11,304 nt of DNA, taken from positions 1 through 11,304 of the forward strand of contig CAZJUB010000085.1 in assembly GCA_964549075.1 (NCBI GenBank). The letters are read 5' to 3'. Position numbers and translations under genes: made by a program. Shown one piece after another: positions 6,337-11,304 of this stretch. Each line of letters opens with the position of its first letter. Positions within the stretch are counted from its first letter, which is position 1. This DNA comes from an uncultured archaeon. Lineage in GTDB: Archaea; Asgardarchaeota; Heimdallarchaeia; Heimdallarchaeales; Heimdallarchaeaceae. The notes beneath the pieces were generated by a model, which had not been told where the DNA came from, made no database searches, and saw only the letters and a list, made by a program, of their open reading frames with translations.

Positions 6337-9300
6337 TATTCCTTGTGCAGTTAACATAACTATAACTGATTTCTTTCTGATCACTTCTACAATTGTCTTG
6401 ATTTCTTCAAGACTCTTTTTTGTTCTTAAAGCTTCAACCAGATCATCTGCCTCGTCATACAAGTAATCTTGGTAATTAAGCAGATAATTACCATATTCAG
6501 AATCAGCTAACACAATTAAAGAGAGATTTTCAAATCCTCCTCTAGCTGTTTCATTTGGTAGTTGAATACCATGTACCCATCCCACCATTTGTTCACCTGG
6601 GAGAACGATAGATCCTACTCTACGACCAGTGTCATGTTCTTCAAAACCAAGAGAACTGTAAGCTTGATCTGAAATCTTTAGTAAGAAGTTTTCAACTCCC
6701 ATTCTTAACCTTCCAATATAACGACCCAGCTCCAAGCTATGATCCATCACAAGAGGGACAGGTCCTTTTCTTTGGTCAAAAATTGAGAGTATAACTCCTG
6801 GAGACATTATTGAGTAATTGAGTGCTATCTGCTCTTCAGTTATTTTCTCCATCAAATCTTTGAATGGTTTAGGTTTAACTATTTTATAGATAATTAACGA
6901 AACAATTAAACCTAAAAACAAACTACCGCCTATGATTGTGTATAATAACCATGAAGGAAGTCCAGGCGGAGTTAGAGCATAAACTGGTTCATCTAGAACA
7001 GAAGAAGATATATCATATTGATCATTTCCATCAAAGAAGACTTCTATATCGATATACTCTATTCCCTCAGACATTTGAAAAGTTGCTGTAAAGTAACCAT
7101 CAGCATCAGTAGTTACAGTGGTAGTCCAATAATCATCATAATCATCAACATTCAGAGCATATACCAATTTGTCGTTTGAGACTTGGATAATATAAACATA
7201 AATTATAATGGATTGACTTGCAAGAGGTGTACCGTCATTTGCTGTTAATATTCCTCTGATAACCACTTGAGAATCAATAAGTACTTCATAACTTGTAACT
7301 TCAACAGATATTTTAGATTGAAGTGGTAAAACCTCAACTACAAAACTGTTATTTGTCCCATAGAAGAAATAAGACTGAGCTTGAATGTTAAGAATATGAT
7401 TACCTTTACTACCTAATAATACTGAAGAATAGTTAAATTGGTATAATCCATTTCCAAGTGTAACCATCGTATTAGTAACGTTATAACCATCAACAAAAAT
7501 TGTTAAAATCGTTACATTTGAACCTATTTTATCTTCCAAAAAGATAATTATAGTAAAATTTTCTCCATAAACAACTTGATTGATACTTGATTGGTTAACT
7601 AGTAGTGTACCTTCTTTCCTATCCACTGTTAAGAAAATCTGAACTAGTTGTTTACTTTCTTCAAATTTATAGAATTGGATTTCGATTTTTGTTTCATCTG
7701 TTACATCATAAGCTGTAATCAATATTTCATAGGTTATATTATCCAGCTGTTTAATTATTTGCACTGAGATGTTTAAAGATGGATTTTCTCTATTAATTCT
7801 TGTTTGAAGCCCAATTATCTCAGTATTATTCACCGCATCTGTAACATTTAAAATAAAGCTTACACTCGCTCCATATATTAGATGAGTGGTATTTTTATAA
7901 GCATTTAAGGTTAATTCAAAATCATCATTTATGAACTTTAACTGAATATTATCAATTAGAAATGAATAAGTGTGATTTATTTCATTTTGAACATTATCTA
8001 CTAAAATAACAGTCAAAGTGTAATTACCATCAGTTCCTGGAGTTAAGAAAGTTGGATATACATCTATCAAACTGAGAGATTGTTTATTTTCTTCTGCAAC
8101 ATCTCCCCAGTAGTAGTTGAAGGTTATTAGTTCTCCCACCTCATTTGCATAAGAATTATACCTTATAGGTTGATTACTTTGAGCATAATTCGATTCAGAG
8201 ATATCTACCCATTCTTGTAATGATCCATCATAAACCTCCAAATCAATGACTGGGGGTTCATAATCTACCTTAAATTTAAACCACTCAATATGTGAGTTCC
8301 CCACTATATCCTTAACATTTACATAGAATGCTACTATATCCCCTTGTTTATAAAATGGTATAACTGTCACAGTAAAATTATGTTCTGGACTTGTGTACCA
8401 TCCTGGATATATATCCCATGAGTATTGAATTAATTCTATAGTATTATCTCCTAAAACATCTGTTGTTTCAAATTCTAAAATTGTATTGAAATTAACTTCT
8501 TCTGTAGTATTAGGCATATTAACAAGAGCTACTGAAGGGGCTTGGATATCTATAATTAATGGTTGAGGCTTAGAGGAAAGATGTAATCCATCATCAGCAT
8601 ATATAACCAATGTACCAGATTTATTTTGATAAGGAAGAACAAAACTATCTGTAAAAGTATGTTGTTCTCCGTCCCAAACATAGTATGTTATAACTCCTGA
8701 ATATTCTTCTTCAATATTCACATTTACAACTGCATTACCAGGAAGGTAATATTTTCCTTGGAGAGTTACCAAGGCTGGGATATCATACTCTATTTTAGGA
8801 GGAGTATTATCAATTGTAAATTCAATGTAAAGAATATCATAGAGCCCAGCAAGATCTATAGCATATAGATAGAGGTAATGTACACCATCGTTTGTTAGGA
8901 AATCTAAATTATAGAAATAAGAACCTGCACTTAAAGTTTCATTCACCATTCCATCAACAGAAATTAGAACTGTAAGATTTTCTCCAGATACTTCATTATC
9001 TGTAATTGTGAAATAGAATGTTGTACCAACAGAAACATATCGTCTATTATTATAATTTTCATCAGGGACAATATTCGGAGCTTCTAGATCCACAATAAAA
9101 ACGAATGCATAATTAAATTCATAACCTGTATAATTATAAGTTCTAATAGTAAGGGAATGTGTACCTGCCGATGTTGGGATACCATCTGGGTATTCTAATG
9201 TTAATGTTTGAGACGCAATAGTTCCATCTTCAAAAGCTCCACCATCCCAGCTATATTGTGCTATCCCATTGCTTTTTTGAATGGTTATATTAACTGTTTC

Positions 9301-11061
9301 ACCGCCTAAAACATAAGAATTATTTGAGAGATTTTGCAACTCAACTAAGAAGATATCGCTATCTGTGATGAAACTAAAGCTCTTATAAATTCCTTGATTA
9401 TAATTATCAAATGCATATATATGCAATACATGCACCCCATCAGAAATAGGGAGATTGGTTCTGTAAATACTCCCATACGCTGGTAGCCAAGTTAAGTTCG
9501 CATTGCTATCCCAATGATACTTTACATCTTGTATACCAGAAGAATCGGAAATTTCCACATCAATTGTTTTTTGTGGTGCATATGTTCCACCGTTGATCAC
9601 ATTATCAAGGTTCACACTAGGTGGATCCGAGTTAAAAGTAAAGAAATATCTATAAATTTCATTCATGTAAAAATCAGAGACTCGAATGGTTAAATTATGC
9701 TCTAATTCGAAGATAGGAGTTACAATATCATAGGGAGCTAAAAGTGGGAATAATGTTCCATTCTCATCCCATTCATATGTTACCGTATCAACATAATAGG
9801 CCGTAAAATTAAGTAAATCCCCCCCATTTATCGTTGATCCATTACTCGGAGGAGAATTAAGTACTAAATTAATTTCAGAAGCATCATAAATAAATTGATA
9901 AAATTCATATCGTGTATTGTTATATTCTGTGTCACTAGCTCTTATTTCCAGATAATGATAATCGTGAACAGCAGGTAAATTAGTTGTGGTAGAAGTTGAA
10001 AAACCGATCCAACTCCCATAATCCCATCTATAGGAACTTATAGAACCTGGTGTGACATCAATATTCATTTCTTGAGGAGTGTAATATACAGCATCATTTA
10101 CTGCGTTATAAAAAGTAATATCAGGAGTTTTATCCTCGAGCATATAAAGCTGCACTCCTAGCATACCATCGGTGTTAGAGACAATATATTCGTTAGTATA
10201 CACACCATCAACAATATCCCAATCAAGACCACTTCCGTAACTCAGTATATCTAAACTAAAGTGCCCTCCAGTTGCATCTACATTATCATATTTCATCATA
10301 TAAGTAATTTTAAATCGATCTCCAGCAGGCACAGTATAAGAGGAAAACGAACTACTTGTTTCAAACCATTGTCGATATTCAGTAGTAGTAGGAGTACCAG
10401 CAATTTTAGGTATTAGATATTCTACTGATGTTATCTCAGTAGAGTTTGAAGTTGCTGTTTCATAATGCCAAAGAGTTATTTTTAGAGTAGCATCCATAGC
10501 ATTAAAAACTGAATTAGAAGGATCATCATTTAAATCTCGATGCATAGTGAATATATAATGTACTTTACCTGAAATCGTTGTATCGTAAGATAGGATTGGG
10601 CTGTACATTAACGCATATCTTCCTGAACCACCATAATCTGCTCCCATCAAATAATAGACATTATTTGTGCTTGGGACAACACCATTAGCAAGATCTCCAA
10701 CTGCAAATCTTTCTTGATCTATATTTGAACCACTTGATATACTATCATAGGCGGTCCATTGATAACCCGATCCATTACCATCTAGATCTGATGTAAAGGT
10801 ATTATAACTGAAATACGCCTTTGTTTTATAATTTCCTTCTATTACTTCTGTTTTTATTTTGATTGGAGATGGATTATACGGTTGATATCCATCATAATCA
10901 TCAAAATCGTCAGAAGGCGAGTTGTCTTCTGTTCTTTGTATCGTATCTATAGGTTTAGAATTATTCTTTACAGAATTTGAAATTTCATAATATAAAACTG
11001 AATTGAAACATAATGCAATAAATACTATTGAAATTAATTTATCTAACTTTACTCCTCTCAT
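6325..11061 (-). CDS. Large type I membrane protein (receptor-like) with the same architecture, including cytoplasmic folliculin/SMCR8-like longin domain (paralog A)
   Basis: 1578-aa ORF, collinear with 1487-6328 over its whole length (e.g. GSISSYRW, FLVEL..L.NNSY.LGG..V.I.IQKSNG, FIVDLEAP). N-terminal hydrophobic LISIVFIALCFNSVLYY; TM WLLYTIIGGSLFLGLIVSLIIY (6886-6951) followed by KIVKPK; tail with GVILSIFDQRKGPVPL and GWVHGIQLPNETARGGFENLSLIVLA. Confidence 0.9.
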   Translation of the reverse strand: MRGVKLDKLISIVFIALCFNSVLYYEISNSVKNNSKPIDTIQRTEDNSPSDDFDDYDGYQPYNPSPIKIKTEVIEGNYKTKAYFSYNTFTSDLDGNGSGYQWTAYDSISSGSNIDQERFAVGDLANGVVPSTNNVYYLMGADYGGSGRYALMYSPILSYDTTISGKVHYIFTMHRDLNDDPSNSVFNAMDATLKITLWHYETATSNSTEITSVEYLIPKIAGTPTTTEYRQWFETSSSFSSYTVPAGDRFKITYMMKYDNVDATGGHFSLDILSYGSGLDWDIVDGVYTNEYIVSNTDGMLGVQLYMLEDKTPDITFYNAVNDAVYYTPQEMNIDVTPGSISSYRWDYGSWIGFSTSTTTNLPAVHDYHYLEIRASDTEYNNTRYEFYQFIYDASEINLVLNSPPSNGSTINGGDLLNFTAYYVDTVTYEWDENGTLFPLLAPYDIVTPIFELEHNLTIRVSDFYMNEIYRYFFTFNSDPPSVNLDNVINGGTYAPQKTIDVEISDSSGIQDVKYHWDSNANLTWLPAYGSIYRTNLPISDGVHVLHIYAFDNYNQGIYKSFSFITDSDIFLVELQNLSNNSYVLGGETVNITIQKSNGIAQYSWDGGAFEDGTIASQTLTLEYPDGIPTSAGTHSLTIRTYNYTGYEFNYAFVFIVDLEAPNIVPDENYNNRRYVSVGTTFYFTITDNEVSGENLTVLISVDGMVNETLSAGSYFYNLDFLTNDGVHYLYLYAIDLAGLYDILYIEFTIDNTPPKIEYDIPALVTLQGKYYLPGNAVVNVNIEEEYSGVITYYVWDGEQHTFTDSFVLPYQNKSGTLVIYADDGLHLSSKPQPLIIDIQAPSVALVNMPNTTEEVNFNTILEFETTDVLGDNTIELIQYSWDIYPGWYTSPEHNFTVTVIPFYKQGDIVAFYVNVKDIVGNSHIEWFKFKVDYEPPVIDLEVYDGSLQEWVDISESNYAQSNQPIRYNSYANEVGELITFNYYWGDVAEENKQSLSLIDVYPTFLTPGTDGNYTLTVILVDNVQNEINHTYSFLIDNIQLKFINDDFELTLNAYKNTTHLIYGASVSFILNVTDAVNNTEIIGLQTRINRENPSLNISVQIIKQLDNITYEILITAYDVTDETKIEIQFYKFEESKQLVQIFLTVDRKEGTLLVNQSSINQVVYGENFTIIIFLEDKIGSNVTILTIFVDGYNVTNTMVTLGNGLYQFNYSSVLLGSKGNHILNIQAQSYFFYGTNNSFVVEVLPLQSKISVEVTSYEVLIDSQVVIRGILTANDGTPLASQSIIIYVYIIQVSNDKLVYALNVDDYDDYWTTTVTTDADGYFTATFQMSEGIEYIDIEVFFDGNDQYDISSSVLDEPVYALTPPGLPSWLLYTIIGGSLFLGLIVSLIIYKIVKPKPFKDLMEKITEEQIALNYSIMSPGVILSIFDQRKGPVPLVMDHSLELGRYIGRLRMGVENFLLKISDQAYSSLGFEEHDTGRRVGSIVLPGEQMVGWVHGIQLPNETARGGFENLSLIVLADSEYGNYLLNYQDYLYDEADDLVEALRTKKSLEEIKTIVEVIRKKSVIVMLTAQGIEEK

Positions 11062-11072
11062 TTACTTAACCT

Positions 11073-11304
11073 TTATTCACAATTTAATTGATTATTAATT
11101 ATTTCTTTGATGTCAAATGAGTGATAAAAGCCTTCACTTATAGCTTCTTGAAACTCTTGAATACCTTCTTGTGTAACATTAGAAATCTTCACTGATATAA
11201 TTCTTTCTGGATTAATTTGCACACCTATCTTATTCAGTACATGTTGTTGGATAAATTGTTTTCCTTGTTCAACATTAGCATCTGTAACAAGAATGCTTCT
11301 TTCA
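11073..11304 (-). CDS. C-terminal 76 aa of an upstream gene (5' end outside the window), possibly a small GTPase
   Basis: Open frame from 11303: ERSILVTDANVEQGKQFIQQHVLNKIGVQINPERIISVKISNVTQEGIQEFQEAISEGFYHSFDIKEIINNQLNCE, stop TAA at 11073-11075, 11 nt before the next ATG. ISNVTQEGIQEFQEAI resembles the G5/alpha5 segment (S-A-x-T-g-e-G-i-x-e-l-f) of Ras-superfamily GTPases. Coding status is likely; the function is uncertain. Confidence 0.6.
   Translation of the reverse strand, partial: ERSILVTDANVEQGKQFIQQHVLNKIGVQINPERIISVKISNVTQEGIQEFQEAISEGFYHSFDIKEIINNQLNCE

Noticed and set aside
1799-6699. Recent duplication or gene conversion as the explanation for tail similarity
   Set aside because: 13 of 23 codons in the invariant peptide differ synonymously, and I saw no long identical DNA repeat.
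1487-11061. Simple S-layer or adhesin annotation, or receptor kinase/cyclase
   Set aside because: The ~190-aa highly conserved cytoplasmic domain argues against a purely structural role. The tails show no kinase, histidine kinase, GGDEF or cyclase motifs.
11073-11090. C-terminal Cys (LNCE*) as a Ras/Rab-like prenylation signal
   Set aside because: It matches neither CaaX nor CC/CxC, and a single Cys is too weak to support the idea.
1-11304. CRISPR arrays, tRNA/rRNA, transposases, DGR template/variable repeats
   Set aside because: Almost the whole window is protein-coding. I saw no regularly spaced DNA repeats, RNA-gene signatures, reverse transcriptase or transposase motifs.

Overview
AT-rich, densely coding window with every credible gene on the minus strand. 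The apparent transcription order runs right to left. (i) The 3' end of a gene whose last 76 aa resemble the end of a small GTPase. (ii) and (iii) Two collinear paralogous ~1600-aa single-pass membrane proteins, each with a signal peptide, an N-terminal beta-rich domain, ~11 Ig-like repeats dense in N-glycosylation sequons, one TM helix and a highly conserved ~190-aa cytoplasmic tail. (iv) A gene missing from the supplied ORF track because it runs off the left edge: a Rag/Gtr-type small GTPase with a probable C-terminal roadblock domain and a Pro/Glu-rich extension. The key observation is that both cytoplasmic tails look like folliculin/SMCR8-type longin (uDENN) domains, including the 'ARG' arginine-finger loop those eukaryotic GAPs use on Rag/Arf/Rab GTPases. 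The locus therefore looks like a candidate prokaryotic 'receptor-GAP + Rag GTPase' transmembrane signalling system. The host is most plausibly an Asgard archaeon, which is inferred from gene content. Family assignments come from by-eye motif comparison with sequences recalled from memory, not from database searches.
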